This document shows positions 19,406 to 29,501 of a stretch of DNA of 44,762 bases, piece by piece (the first letter of the stretch is position 1; each line of letters opens with the position of its first letter). The DNA is from Verrucomicrobiota bacterium (GTDB taxonomy: Bacteria; Verrucomicrobiota; Verrucomicrobiia; Limisphaerales; SXQI01), in assembly GCA_033762115.1 (NCBI GenBank), contig JANRLX010000090.1, positions 1-44,762 on the forward strand, in the 5' to 3' direction. Position numbers and translations under genes: made by a program. A model generated the notes under the pieces. The model had not been told where the DNA came from. It searched no databases and saw only the letters and a program-made list of their open reading frames with translations.

Positions 19406-20842
19406 ATGCAACGCCGAACTTTTCTGAAATTAACCGGGGCCGCTTCTGCATCACTCGCCCTCGCGCCTTCCCTTTTTGCGAACACCGGTCCCGCTGGCGA
19501 ACCATTCAAAATCTCCCTCGCCGAATGGTCCATCAATCGCCACCTCAAACATGGCAAACTCAAGCATCTCGATTTCCCCAAACTTGCCCGCCGCGAATTC
19601 AAGCTCGATGCCGTCGAACTCGTGGACCAGTTTTTCTCCGATAAATACAAGGACAACGTTTACCTCCGCGACCTCCGTCGCCGTGCCGATGGCGAAGGGG
19701 TCAAAATCTGGCTCATCATGCTCGATACCAACGGCCCCCTCGGCGCCGCGGACGAAACCGCCCGCTCCAAAGCCGTCACCCGCACCATTGAGTGGATGGA
19801 TGCCGCCGCCCTGCTCGGCTGCCAGGTTGTGCGCGTGAACGCCTATGGCGATGGCACCCCGGATCAATTGAAAGCCCGCATCGTCGAAAGCTGCTCAAAA
19901 CTTGCCGATGCTGCCAGGGAACGAAACCTCCAGCTCACCATCGAAAATCATGGCGGCCCCTCCTCCGATGCAGCATGGCTCACATCCGTAATGCGAGAAG
20001 TCAACAAGCCAAACTTCGGCACACTGCCCGATTTCGGCAATTTCCCGCCGGAAGCCAACCGCTATGAAGCCGTCGAAAAAATGCTTCCTTACGCCAGGGC
20101 TGTCAGTGCCAAGGCCATGAAATTCAACGAATCCGGCATGGTCGAGGAAACCGACTTTTTCCGCATGATGCGTCTCGTCCGCGATGGCGGTTACTTCGGT
20201 TATGTCGGGATCGAATCCGCCCCGGATACCGAAGCGGATGAGTTGAATGCCATTCGCCTCACCCGCGATCTCCTCCGCTGGATCCAGGATGAGGAAGCCC
20301 GTTGCCTGCCTATCTTCAATGGCAAGGACCTCACCGGCTGGAAAAAAATCGAGGGAGGCGATTGGACCGTGGAAAACGGCGTCCTCATCGGCCGCAACGG
20401 CATCAACTGGACAACCAACCCTGAAAAAACCGGCTCCTGGCTCAGCACCGAAAAACCGTACAAGGATTTTCGCCTCGAGCTTCAATATACCGTGAATCAA
20501 AACGGCAACAGCGGCATTTTCTTCCGCTCCGCCCATGAAAAAAATCCTGCCTTCACCGGTTACGAAGTGCAGATTTATGATGCCCCCGGACGCCCTCCTT
20601 CAAAGACCGGTCCAGGTTCCATTTACGACACCGTTGCGCCCACCAAAAATCTCGTCCGCCCCGCGGGTGAATGGAACACCGTCACCATCACCGCGCAGGA
20701 AGAACTCATTCGCGTTGAAATGAATGGGGAAACCATCCTTCAAACCAGCCTCAAACGTTCCATGGAAGGATACATCGGCCTGCAAAATCATGATGACAAA
20801 TCGGAAGTCCGCTTCCGCAACATCCGCCTGGAAGTCCTCTAG
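19406..20842 (+). CDS. Tat-exported xylose-isomerase-like TIM-barrel protein fused to DUF1080 (3-keto-glycoside hydrolase-like)
   Basis: QRRTFLK Tat motif; ISLAEWS, IENHGG, LPDFGNF, GYVGIE; C-terminal FNGKDLTGW, NSGIFFR, GEWN, GYIGLQNH, FRNIRL. Confidence 0.88.
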   Translation: MQRRTFLKLTGAASASLALAPSLFANTGPAGEPFKISLAEWSINRHLKHGKLKHLDFPKLARREFKLDAVELVDQFFSDKYKDNVYLRDLRRRADGEGVKIWLIMLDTNGPLGAADETARSKAVTRTIEWMDAAALLGCQVVRVNAYGDGTPDQLKARIVESCSKLADAARERNLQLTIENHGGPSSDAAWLTSVMREVNKPNFGTLPDFGNFPPEANRYEAVEKMLPYARAVSAKAMKFNESGMVEETDFFRMMRLVRDGGYFGYVGIESAPDTEADELNAIRLTRDLLRWIQDEEARCLPIFNGKDLTGWKKIEGGDWTVENGVLIGRNGINWTTNPEKTGSWLSTEKPYKDFRLELQYTVNQNGNSGIFFRSAHEKNPAFTGYEVQIYDAPGRPPSKTGPGSIYDTVAPTKNLVRPAGEWNTVTITAQEELIRVEMNGETILQTSLKRSMEGYIGLQNHDDKSEVRFRNIRLEVL

Positions 20843-21039
20843 CAGGCACTGGTAGTCATCTGAATCCAACCACGACTTGTTGACGCTCCGCCCCCGCTTG
20901 GGCACCCTTGGACGTAAGCGGTTGAGGCGGTGCGTTTAACGTTCCTGTTTTATTCAAGCATCCGTTCCGCCCAGCCGATAACCTCCTGAACATGCCCGCA
21001 ACCAGCGGGCAAGGCAGGTGATTTGGAATCCAAACTGGC

Positions 21040-21897
21040 GTGAAAATCAAAAAAGCAGTCATTACAGCGGCAGGCCGAAACCAAACCAAGGTTCCCCTCC
21101 AGGTACTCGTCGATTCTGATGGCGAAAGCAAATCCGCCATTCGGATCATTCTTGAAGAGGCGTTCGCCTCCGGCGTCGAGGAAGCCTGCATCATCGTCTC
21201 ACCCGGTGATGAGGAAATTTATCGCACCGCCGCCGGACAGGTCCCCGGCAAACTTTCATTCATTCCGCAGGCCGACCCGCGCGGTTACGGCCATGCCTTG
21301 CTGATCGCCCAGGAATTCGTCGGACCTCATTCCTTCCTGCATTTCGTCAGCGACCATCTTTACATCAGCAACCTGGAAAACCGCTGCGCCCAACAACTCG
21401 TCGCGATCGCCGAAGCCGAGGCCTGCTCCGTTTCCGCTGTCCAACCCACCCGTGAAGGCATGCTTCCTTATTATGGGGCAATTGGCGGGACGCGCCTGCA
21501 CCACCAGCAGAATCTTTATACCATTGAGCGGGTCCTCGAAAAACCGACCCCCACCGAGGCCGAACAAAGCCTGATCGTTCCCGGCCTGCGGGCAGGCCAT
21601 TACCTTTGCTTTTTCGGAATGCATGTCCTCAGCGCCGGAGTCATGGAAATCCTTCGCCGCCACCTGGGAGAACTTCCCCCTGGTCAAATGCTTCATCTCG
21701 CCCCTGCCCTCGCCGAACTGGCGCGAAAGGAGAAATACCTCGCCTGCGAAATCTCCGGCCGCCGCTATAACCTTGGCGTTAAATTCGGCCTGCTCAATGC
21801 CCAGATCGCCCTCGGCCTCGCCGGGAATGACCGTGAAGAACTGCTCGCCCAACTGGTCGAACTCCTTGCAACCCGCCACGCCGACCACAAACCATGA
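21040..21897 (+). CDS. GalU-like sugar-phosphate nucleotidyltransferase with degenerate N-terminal motif
   Basis: [26 protein letters not shown]; the canonical GxGTR...PK motif is absent. Confidence 0.75.
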   Translation: MKIKKAVITAAGRNQTKVPLQVLVDSDGESKSAIRIILEEAFASGVEEACIIVSPGDEEIYRTAAGQVPGKLSFIPQADPRGYGHALLIAQEFVGPHSFLHFVSDHLYISNLENRCAQQLVAIAEAEACSVSAVQPTREGMLPYYGAIGGTRLHHQQNLYTIERVLEKPTPTEAEQSLIVPGLRAGHYLCFFGMHVLSAGVMEILRRHLGELPPGQMLHLAPALAELARKEKYLACEISGRRYNLGVKFGLLNAQIALGLAGNDREELLAQLVELLATRHADHKP

Positions 21898-24800
21898 GCG
21901 GCCAACTTGTTACGATCATTACCGCGGCCGATCCCGCGGTCAGGAACCGGTCCCTGGAATCCGTCGTCGTTCCTGCTGACCTCCCGCAATTACTTGCTGA
22001 ATGCCAGGCCCTGGAACAGTTCCGGCAGGAGAGCCAGAATCTTTATGAACGGGTCCGCGCCCTTTTCTTTCTTTACGCCATTCATCGTTTCTATCTCCCG
22101 CTCAAGCCGGGCGTCAAAGCCCGGGGCTTGATCCCATTCCGCGGCTATGAGGATTTATTGAAACGGCGTTACCCGGAGGCGATCACCGCTTTCCTCACGC
22201 AAATGGAAAAGCAGGGACCGAACGAAACGGTTTCAAGCGGTCTGGCTGCGGCCTATCATGGCCTTGCTTTTCAAACCTTGTCCGACCAGGTCCGCAAAAG
22301 TGTGCGGAGCGTGCGGGGAAATCAATGGATGTTCCGCACCGGCCATTTCAGCGATCACCCGCTGCGGCTTCGTCCCGAATTACTCCAGCGTGCTTCCGAT
22401 GGCACCTTTCCCATCCTGCGGGAATTGACCCCGGTGCGGATGGACCTCTCCCACAGCGCCTGGAGTGATATTTTCTTTCTCGGGATGGATTTTCCCGAAG
22501 GCGCCCGCGTTCTCAATGTCTCTATCGACCTTGGCGTGCGCGGACGGGATGCAAAACCGAAACCGCCGGTGGAAGCATATCTTCGCGTCATCGACAAGCC
22601 GGTCCTGCGCATGTCCAGCGTGGATCTCGGCGCGCAGTCCGAAATCAGCGATCTCGCCGAAATGTTCGATTTTGCCCGCGATTATCTCGGGCTGCTCAAG
22701 GCTGCGATCATTGCCTCGGGAATCGTCCCGCCGGGAATGGAAGGCTCCGGCCAAACGTTGCCCGACCTGCTCGCGCAGTTGATCGGCCCCGGCCTGGGGC
22801 TGGAAATTGTCAGTTCAGTGAACAACATCCCGAAAGGCTCGCGACTGGCAGTGTCCACGAATCTTCTCGGCGCGTTGATTTCAGTTTGCATGCGGGCGAC
22901 CGGGCAGGCGAAATCGTTGACCGGCCCATTGGCGGAAAATGAGCGTCGACTGGTGGCCGCGCGCGCCATTCTTGGGGAATGGATCGGCGGTTCCGGCGGA
23001 GGCTGGCAGGATTCCGGCGGCATCTGGCCCGGCATGAAATTGATCGAGGGAAGTCCCGCCCGGGAAGGTGATCCCGAATTCGGAATCAGTCGCGGACGCC
23101 TGTTGCCAACCCACCGGATTCTCAATCGTTCGGATGCTTCCGACAAGGCCCGCCAGCTTCTTCAGGATTCCCTCGTGCTGGTGCATGGCGGCATGGCCCA
23201 GAACGTGGGGCCGATCCTTGAAATGGTGACCGAAAAATACCTGCTCCGCTCGGAAGCCGAATGGAAAGGGAGACAGGAAGCACTGGGTATTCTCGATGAA
23301 ATCCTCGCGGCATTAAAGGAGGAAAACGTCCGGAAAGTTGGTGAAGTCACCACCCGCAATTTTTTTGGCCCAATCCAGTCGATCATTCCCTGGGCGAGCA
23401 CGTTTTACACGGAAACATTGATCCGCAAGGTGCGCGCTGAATTTGGAGAAAAATTCTGGGGATTCTGGATGTTGGGCGGGATGTCCGGCGGCGGCATGGG
23501 GTTCATTTTTTCACCAGATGCCAAGGCCCGTGGCCAGGAATATCTCTCCCGCCTCATGCAGGAAACCAAGAGTGACCTTCAATCCGCACTGCCGTTTGCG
23601 ATGGACCCGGTTGTTTACGACTTTGCCATCAATGAACGGGGCACATTTGCAGATTTGCTCTCGGAAAATGACGCGCTTCTCCCCGCTGGTTATTACAGCA
23701 TGGTGCTCCCGGAACTGCTCCGCCGTGAAGCCCGCGAATTGACCGCGGGACAACGTGCTGAGCTGGATCGTTTCGGCGCAGCCTGTCGCGTGAAGCCGGA
23801 ACTGAGCGGGATGGTCCAGAATCTTTTTGACCGGCTGCTGCCGCAGACCCGGAACAATCGCGGAACGACCCTGAGCCTGATTCAACTGCTTGATGAGAAC
23901 GGTTTTGACCAGAAACAGCATGAACAAATCCGCGCCGACCTGCGCTCCGGCAGGATTGGCCTGGCCCAGAATCGGCTTCCTGCGAGCACCAGCATCAAGG
24001 ATGTGGAACCGGAGGATTTATTTGATGCCACCCTTCCATTGCCCGCCCATTACCGGAAGCTGGGAATTGAAGCGCTCGCGGCTGGAAAAGCGGCTGTGGT
24101 CACCCTTGCCGCAGGCGTGGGCAGCCGCTGGACGCAGGGCGCGGGAGTGGTCAAGGCGTTGCATCCTTACTGCAAACTTTCCGGTTCGCACCGCACTTTC
24201 ATTGAAACACATCTCGCGAAAAGCAGGCGGATTGGCGATTTGTGCGGCAACCCGGTGCCGCATGTTTTCAGCACCAGTTACCTGACTCACGCCGCGACTG
24301 AGGCGTTCCTTCAACGGGAACAGAATTACGGTTATCCCGGCGAGTTGCTTCTTTCTCCCGGAAGGGCGATTGGGCTTCGGATGGTGCCGATGGTGCGGGA
24401 CCTCCGTTTTGCCTGGGAGGAGATGCCGCAACAAATGCTGGATGGGCAGAAGCAAAAAATGCGGACCAGTATCCATGCCGCATTGATCGGCTGGGCGCGA
24501 AGCGTCGGCGAAGCCACGGATTACACGGACAACCTGCCGTTCCAATGCATGCATCCGGTGGGGCATTGGTTTGAAGTTCCGAACCTGCTGCGGAATGGAA
24601 TCTTGCTGCGCCTGCTGGAGGAACGGCCGCAGTTGCAATATTTGATGCTGCACAATATCGACACGCTGGGGGCTGACCTGGACCCTGCCCTGCTCGGGGT
24701 CCATATCACCAATGGCGCAGGTCTTTCCTTTGAGGTGATCACCCGGCGAATCGATGATCGCGGGGGCGGACTGGCCAGGGTGGATGGAAAAGTGCGGTTG

Positions 24801-25214
24801 GTCGAAGGATTGGCGATGCCGCATGAAGAGGATGAATTTGCGCTTTCCTATTACAACTCCATGACCACCTGGATCAGCATCGATGAATTGCTGAAAGCGT
24901 TCGGTTTGGACCGGGGGGACCTGGGGAATTCACAAAAAGTCGTGGATGCCATCCGCACCATGAGCCAGCGAATGCCAACTTATATTACCTTAAAGGATGT
25001 AAAAAAACGGTGGGGTCATGGGCAGGAGGATATTTATCCGGTGACGCAATTTGAAAAATTGTGGGGGGACATGAGCGCCGTAACGGAGATTTCATCCCGG
25101 TTCATCGCGGTGCCACGCCTGCGCGGCCAGCAGTTGAAGGACCAGGCGCAGCTCGATGGCTGGTTGCGGGACGGCTCGGCGGCTTACGTTGATTCGCTTT
25201 GCAAATGGAGTTGA
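21894..25214 (+). CDS. GHMP-kinase domain fused to a UDPGP-like NTP:sugar-1-phosphate nucleotidyltransferase
   Basis: [24 protein letters not shown] and LGGMSGGGM (GHMP kinase motifs); [15 protein letters not shown] and HNIDTLGA (UDPGP motifs). Confidence 0.8.
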   Translation: MSGQLVTIITAADPAVRNRSLESVVVPADLPQLLAECQALEQFRQESQNLYERVRALFFLYAIHRFYLPLKPGVKARGLIPFRGYEDLLKRRYPEAITAFLTQMEKQGPNETVSSGLAAAYHGLAFQTLSDQVRKSVRSVRGNQWMFRTGHFSDHPLRLRPELLQRASDGTFPILRELTPVRMDLSHSAWSDIFFLGMDFPEGARVLNVSIDLGVRGRDAKPKPPVEAYLRVIDKPVLRMSSVDLGAQSEISDLAEMFDFARDYLGLLKAAIIASGIVPPGMEGSGQTLPDLLAQLIGPGLGLEIVSSVNNIPKGSRLAVSTNLLGALISVCMRATGQAKSLTGPLAENERRLVAARAILGEWIGGSGGGWQDSGGIWPGMKLIEGSPAREGDPEFGISRGRLLPTHRILNRSDASDKARQLLQDSLVLVHGGMAQNVGPILEMVTEKYLLRSEAEWKGRQEALGILDEILAALKEENVRKVGEVTTRNFFGPIQSIIPWASTFYTETLIRKVRAEFGEKFWGFWMLGGMSGGGMGFIFSPDAKARGQEYLSRLMQETKSDLQSALPFAMDPVVYDFAINERGTFADLLSENDALLPAGYYSMVLPELLRREARELTAGQRAELDRFGAACRVKPELSGMVQNLFDRLLPQTRNNRGTTLSLIQLLDENGFDQKQHEQIRADLRSGRIGLAQNRLPASTSIKDVEPEDLFDATLPLPAHYRKLGIEALAAGKAAVVTLAAGVGSRWTQGAGVVKALHPYCKLSGSHRTFIETHLAKSRRIGDLCGNPVPHVFSTSYLTHAATEAFLQREQNYGYPGELLLSPGRAIGLRMVPMVRDLRFAWEEMPQQMLDGQKQKMRTSIHAALIGWARSVGEATDYTDNLPFQCMHPVGHWFEVPNLLRNGILLRLLEERPQLQYLMLHNIDTLGADLDPALLGVHITNGAGLSFEVITRRIDDRGGGLARVDGKVRLVEGLAMPHEEDEFALSYYNSMTTWISIDELLKAFGLDRGDLGNSQKVVDAIRTMSQRMPTYITLKDVKKRWGHGQEDIYPVTQFEKLWGDMSAVTEISSRFIAVPRLRGQQLKDQAQLDGWLRDGSAAYVDSLCKWS

Positions 25215-25223
25215 AGCAGCGGC

Positions 25224-26861
25224 TTACTCCAGCAGATGGGTGAGGTAGGGCAACAGTTGTTTTTTGCGGGAGACAACTCCTTCGAGTTCGTAAATTCCAG
25301 GTTCCACTTCCGGGTAATCAATCCGGTTCAAAAAGGATTGCGCTCCTGCCACGACCAGAAGTGACGTTTGGAGGACGACATCGGTGACAAGGAGCGCGGC
25401 AAAATAGTAATCCTTGCTGGAACGGTACTCTTCCATGGCTTCCAGGATTTCCACTTTTCGTTTCCAGAACTGGGCGAACCCGATCTCCTCGATCTGGGCG
25501 ACGCTGAACATTTTCCCACGTTCGCTGTATTCCTTGCAATCGGTGGTGACCGCCTGGGCTGGGGAACGGGAGACGAGGATGGAACCGCTGGCGAACAATT
25601 TTTCGGTGAACTCCCTCGCATTGACCCCGGCAGCTTTTTCCAGTTCCACCAGCACTTCGGCGTCCCGCTCGGTGGTGGTGGGGGAAGTGAGGTTGAGCGT
25701 GTCTGAAACCAGCCCGGCCAGGAGCAGCCCGGCAATGGATGGGGGCAATTCGATCCGGTGGCGAAGGAAACATTCCGCCACGATGGTGGAGGTGGAGCCG
25801 ACCGGTTCGTTGCGAAAAAGAATCGGCTTTTGCGAGGTGAGGCCGATCCGGTGGTGATCGATGACTTCGATGATCTCGACTTCCTCGGCGCCATGGACCG
25901 CCTGGGAAAGTTCGTTGTGATCGACGAGGATCAATTGCCGGTCCACTTCACGGAGGAGATCTGATTTTGAAAGGATGCCGACGGTGTGGCGGTTTTCGTC
26001 GAAGACCGGAAACGCCTGGAAATTGGAAGCGGTCGCGACGGGTCGGACCTGGGAAAGCGGTTCGTCATCCATGAAGGAAAGAAATTTGTCATGGATCATG
26101 TTTTCAATGGTGATGGAGGCGCGGGAAAGCATCGCGGTGGTGGCGGAATCGTGCGGAGAGATCAGCACGCTGACATTGTTGCGGCGCGCGTTGGCGAGCA
26201 AACCAGCTTCCATGGTCAAACCGCCCGTGACGACAATGACCCGCACCCCCTGCCTGATCGCAAGGTCCTGGACATCCTCGCGGTCACCGACAATGACCAT
26301 CAATTTGTCGCTGGGATAAATCGGGAGGCGCTTGGCGAATGATTCCAGGCTCATCGCGCCGACCATCAGGATCAGGGTATCGACGCGGTCCGGGTCCACG
26401 GCATGAAGGATTTGGGCATTGAGCGTGCGGGCGAGGTTGCGGATGGAGGCGACGACTTTGCGGGAATCAAAAATGCGGTTGGGAGTGGGGAAGAAAAATT
26501 TGCTCATTTTGAACAGGGAGAGCAATCCTTTGCAGGTTTTGTCCGCGTTTAAAACCGGCAGCACGCGGATGTTTCGTTCATCCATGATTTCAAGCGCTTC
26601 GGCAACGGTGGCGCAGGGAGGAAGGCTGATGACGTTTTCCGCCATGACATCGCGGACCTTGGGGGACACATCGGCGACAAATTTTGGGGCGGGAACGCCA
26701 AAAGTGCGGAGGACAAAGTCAATTCGCTCGTTGGTATCACCGCAGCGGGCGGCGATTGCGTTTGGCATGCCGGTACGCCGCTTGAATTCCGCATAACCGA
26801 TTGCGGCGCAGATCGAGTCCGTGTCCGGATTGCGATGCCCGATGACCAAAACTTCGCTCAT
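25224..26861 (-). CDS. ppaC: family II Mn-dependent inorganic pyrophosphatase with CBS/DRTGG insert
   Basis: GHRNPDTDS, CBS-DRTGG-CBS (VGDRED, VVTGG), LVDHNE, IDHHR, VGSTSTI, GVVSRKKQ. Confidence 0.9.
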   Translation of the reverse strand: MSEVLVIGHRNPDTDSICAAIGYAEFKRRTGMPNAIAARCGDTNERIDFVLRTFGVPAPKFVADVSPKVRDVMAENVISLPPCATVAEALEIMDERNIRVLPVLNADKTCKGLLSLFKMSKFFFPTPNRIFDSRKVVASIRNLARTLNAQILHAVDPDRVDTLILMVGAMSLESFAKRLPIYPSDKLMVIVGDREDVQDLAIRQGVRVIVVTGGLTMEAGLLANARRNNVSVLISPHDSATTAMLSRASITIENMIHDKFLSFMDDEPLSQVRPVATASNFQAFPVFDENRHTVGILSKSDLLREVDRQLILVDHNELSQAVHGAEEVEIIEVIDHHRIGLTSQKPILFRNEPVGSTSTIVAECFLRHRIELPPSIAGLLLAGLVSDTLNLTSPTTTERDAEVLVELEKAAGVNAREFTEKLFASGSILVSRSPAQAVTTDCKEYSERGKMFSVAQIEEIGFAQFWKRKVEILEAMEEYRSSKDYYFAALLVTDVVLQTSLLVVAGAQSFLNRIDYPEVEPGIYELEGVVSRKKQLLPYLTHLLE

Positions 26862-27293
26862 ATAAGATTGACCCACGCCCCCGGCTGTTTTCCTCCCGCA
26901 GCTTTCTTCGAGGCGCTGCATAAATAGCGTGCGCGGCGGGAAGAAGCAAGGAAGCCCGGGGATTTCCAGCGAAGTCGTAGTCAAAGGCAGTGCGAGGAGG
27001 GAGTCCCGGCTGCCCCGGCCCTTTATGCAGCTTGTAGGAGTTGCGGGAGCAAGTGGGAATAAGTGGCCAAAGCACCTTCAGTAAAATAGGCTTTTAAATA
27101 CGTATCTTGTTCCAATGCAAATACATGGGAAATATCTTTGGCCACTTGTGGAACAGGCTGGGTCTCCCTCTGGCTTCGAGAACAAGTGGGAATTACTGGG
27201 ATTTCCTGGGAACCAAGGAGCGGGCAGTCCCACCTGCGGAGGAGCATTCTGCATTGGATGCATTATTTTTCAGGAACTATGAAGCGCAGACCG

Positions 27294-27707
27294 TCAGGGT
27301 GGAGGTCTTAAATAGATTAAATGCTGAAAGGCATCAGGGTCTGGAAAGGCACCGCCAAAAATTTCCAGCTTTCGTCGATCACCATCAATAAAATACCAAT
27401 CCATGGACTCAAGGACCCATTTACCACCGATATGCGCCCGGAAATCAGCCAGTTGTAAATGTGGCCCATCCAATGTCCATCGGCCCACCTGAACGTTTGT
27501 CCGAGTAGCGTGGATGACCTGCTGGGTGAAAATTCCGGAGGGCATAAACGTCATCAACACAGTGGTTTTGTATTCATCTTCAGTGAAGGACCAGACACCG
27601 ACAACGTCGTTCGTGGTGACCGTCCTTGAAGTGGGAGAGGGGGTGAATTGGCAGCCAGCCAGGGCAAGACAGAAAAGGAGAAGGAATGGGCGAATGCGCC
27701 AGACCAC
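27294..27707 (-). CDS. hypothetical lipoprotein (start uncertain; GTG at 27707 chosen)
   Basis: Lipobox RIRPFLLLFCLALAG-C; beta-rich body with VVGVW and GRW motifs. Confidence 0.65.
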   Translation of the reverse strand: MVWRIRPFLLLFCLALAGCQFTPSPTSRTVTTNDVVGVWSFTEDEYKTTVLMTFMPSGIFTQQVIHATRTNVQVGRWTLDGPHLQLADFRAHIGGKWVLESMDWYFIDGDRRKLEIFGGAFPDPDAFQHLIYLRPPP

Positions 27708-28029
27708 CGAACGGCTGAAGGTGGTCAATGGCCGAGCCGGGAGGTCATGGTCATGACCGGCGTGGTGCGCGGTCCCAGTGTGAGATTGCGTTTGGCCCGG
27801 CAATGCCGTCATTACCTGATGATCTGAAACGTAGCGTCTATGGCAAGTATTTCGAGCGGTAAAAGTGAAGTTGGGGGAGGGTGGCAGCAGGAGCGATCCA
27901 GGAAATGGCATAGGGACTCACAAATCATATTACCGAAGCCCGCTCGTTGAGCGGGCCGTTGCCTGGGTTGCAAAAGGGAATTTGCTTGCTACTGTGGCGG
28001 ACGCCTTTAGTTTTTTGTTTTCTTCGGAG

Positions 28030-28104
28030 GCCAGTTTAGCTCAGGGGTAGAGCAACGCTTTCGTAAAGCGTGGGTCGTCGGTTCAAATCCGACAACTGGC
28101 TCCA
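28030..28104 (+). tRNA. tRNA-Thr (anticodon CGT); probable integration site
   Basis: GCCAGTT/AACTGGC acceptor stem, ACGCT-TTCGTAA-AGCGT anticodon arm, GTCGG-TTCAAAT-CCGAC T arm, encoded CCA. Confidence 0.95.
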
Positions 28105-28294
28105 TTTAAAAAGTCCCGCAAATTGGAGGGTTTTGGAGGCAAAAGTCGGGTGTTGCCAGAGAAACTGCCAGATTTTGAAGGATCGCTTGATTACCCTTTA
28201 AAAACCGGCGAAGGACCCGGCAACAACTCCCAAACTGCTCGTTAAGGAGGGAGCCTCGGACTGATTCACATTACCGAAAGAGAAAAGGTAATGT

Positions 28295-29344
28295 ATGAAA
28301 CAGAAGTTCTGCCTCTACCGCCGCGACAACGGCATGTTTTATCTCCAAAACATGGACACGAACAAGCAGCGGAGTTTGCGGACCAAAGACGAGGACCAGG
28401 CCAAGGCCCTGCTCGCCGCTGAAAACGAAGCCGTCCGACAACCCGCCATGAACCTGCAAATCGCCCAGGTCTATTTGCAGCATGCCGACCCCACCTTGGC
28501 CACCCGCACCTGGCAGGATGTCATGGAGAAGCTCGTCACGACCAAAACGGGCAGCACCCGCGAACGCTGGCTGCACGCCATCCGTGACGAAGCATTTGAT
28601 CTGATTCGACATCGGCGCTTGATGGAGACCAGTTCTGAGCATTTCTTGGACACCCTCAATCGCGGCACGGTTTCGACCAACGTTTATCTCCGGCGCGCGC
28701 ACAACTACGCCATTGGAATGCACTGGCTGCCGTGGCCAATCCTTCCAAGGCTGCAATGGCCTGCCGTCGAATATAAGGAGAAACGAGCCATCACCTTCGA
28801 GGAGCATGGCAAGATTGTGAAGCGGGAGCGCAATCCGGCCACGCGAGCCTATTATCAACTCCTTTGGCATTTGGGCGGCTCGCAGACCGATATTGCCAGC
28901 CTGCAAGCTGAAGACATCGACTGGCCAGAGCGAACCATTTCCTATCGACGACGGAAAACCGGCGTGCCGGTGGTTATCACGTTTGGCAATGAAGCCGCTG
29001 AAATATTGCGAACCCTCCCGCGCAAAGGGCCATTATTTCCCGCCTTGGCCCGGATTCACGAGCGGCATCGCGCAAAGCTTTTCATCAAACGCCTGAAAAC
29101 GGTTGGCATCACCGGGGTGTCCCTGCACTCCTACCGCTATGCGTGGGCTGAACGGGCCAAGACCTCCGGCTATCCGGAACGCTTCGCCATGCAAGCCCTT
29201 GGACAAGGCAGCAAAGCGGTTCACCGTTCTTATTCCAAGAAGGCGCAAGTTAAACTCCCTTCGCTGGAGGATTACGAACAAAAGATCATCCCTCTGCCCC
29301 CGCAGGCGGCAGTCGAGCCGAATCGAAGAATTGCGGCGGGCTAA
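28295..29344 (+). CDS. tyrosine recombinase/integrase
   Basis: N-terminal KQRSLRTKD arm-binding-like segment, IDW...RKTG, LHSYRYAWA (HxxR), ALGQ...HRSY (Tyr nucleophile); located next to a tRNA. Confidence 0.88.
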   Translation: MKQKFCLYRRDNGMFYLQNMDTNKQRSLRTKDEDQAKALLAAENEAVRQPAMNLQIAQVYLQHADPTLATRTWQDVMEKLVTTKTGSTRERWLHAIRDEAFDLIRHRRLMETSSEHFLDTLNRGTVSTNVYLRRAHNYAIGMHWLPWPILPRLQWPAVEYKEKRAITFEEHGKIVKRERNPATRAYYQLLWHLGGSQTDIASLQAEDIDWPERTISYRRRKTGVPVVITFGNEAAEILRTLPRKGPLFPALARIHERHRAKLFIKRLKTVGITGVSLHSYRYAWAERAKTSGYPERFAMQALGQGSKAVHRSYSKKAQVKLPSLEDYEQKIIPLPPQAAVEPNRRIAAG

Positions 29345-29501
29345 GAAACCTCGTAGTGGAGCAGGTGACAATGCCTGCCCTTGTCCTTTCAGGCGGAATT
29401 TGTGCCTATCGGGTTCATCTCGGTGAGACTCAACAAAAAGGATTTCCAACTTGTCGAAAAAAACATAGCGCGTGGCAAGCAAGGGGATAACAATAAACCC
29501 G

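Noticed and set aside
29033..29482. 149-aa minus-strand ORF overlapping the integrase 3' end
   Set aside because: Mostly antisense to the integrase, with no recognisable motif.
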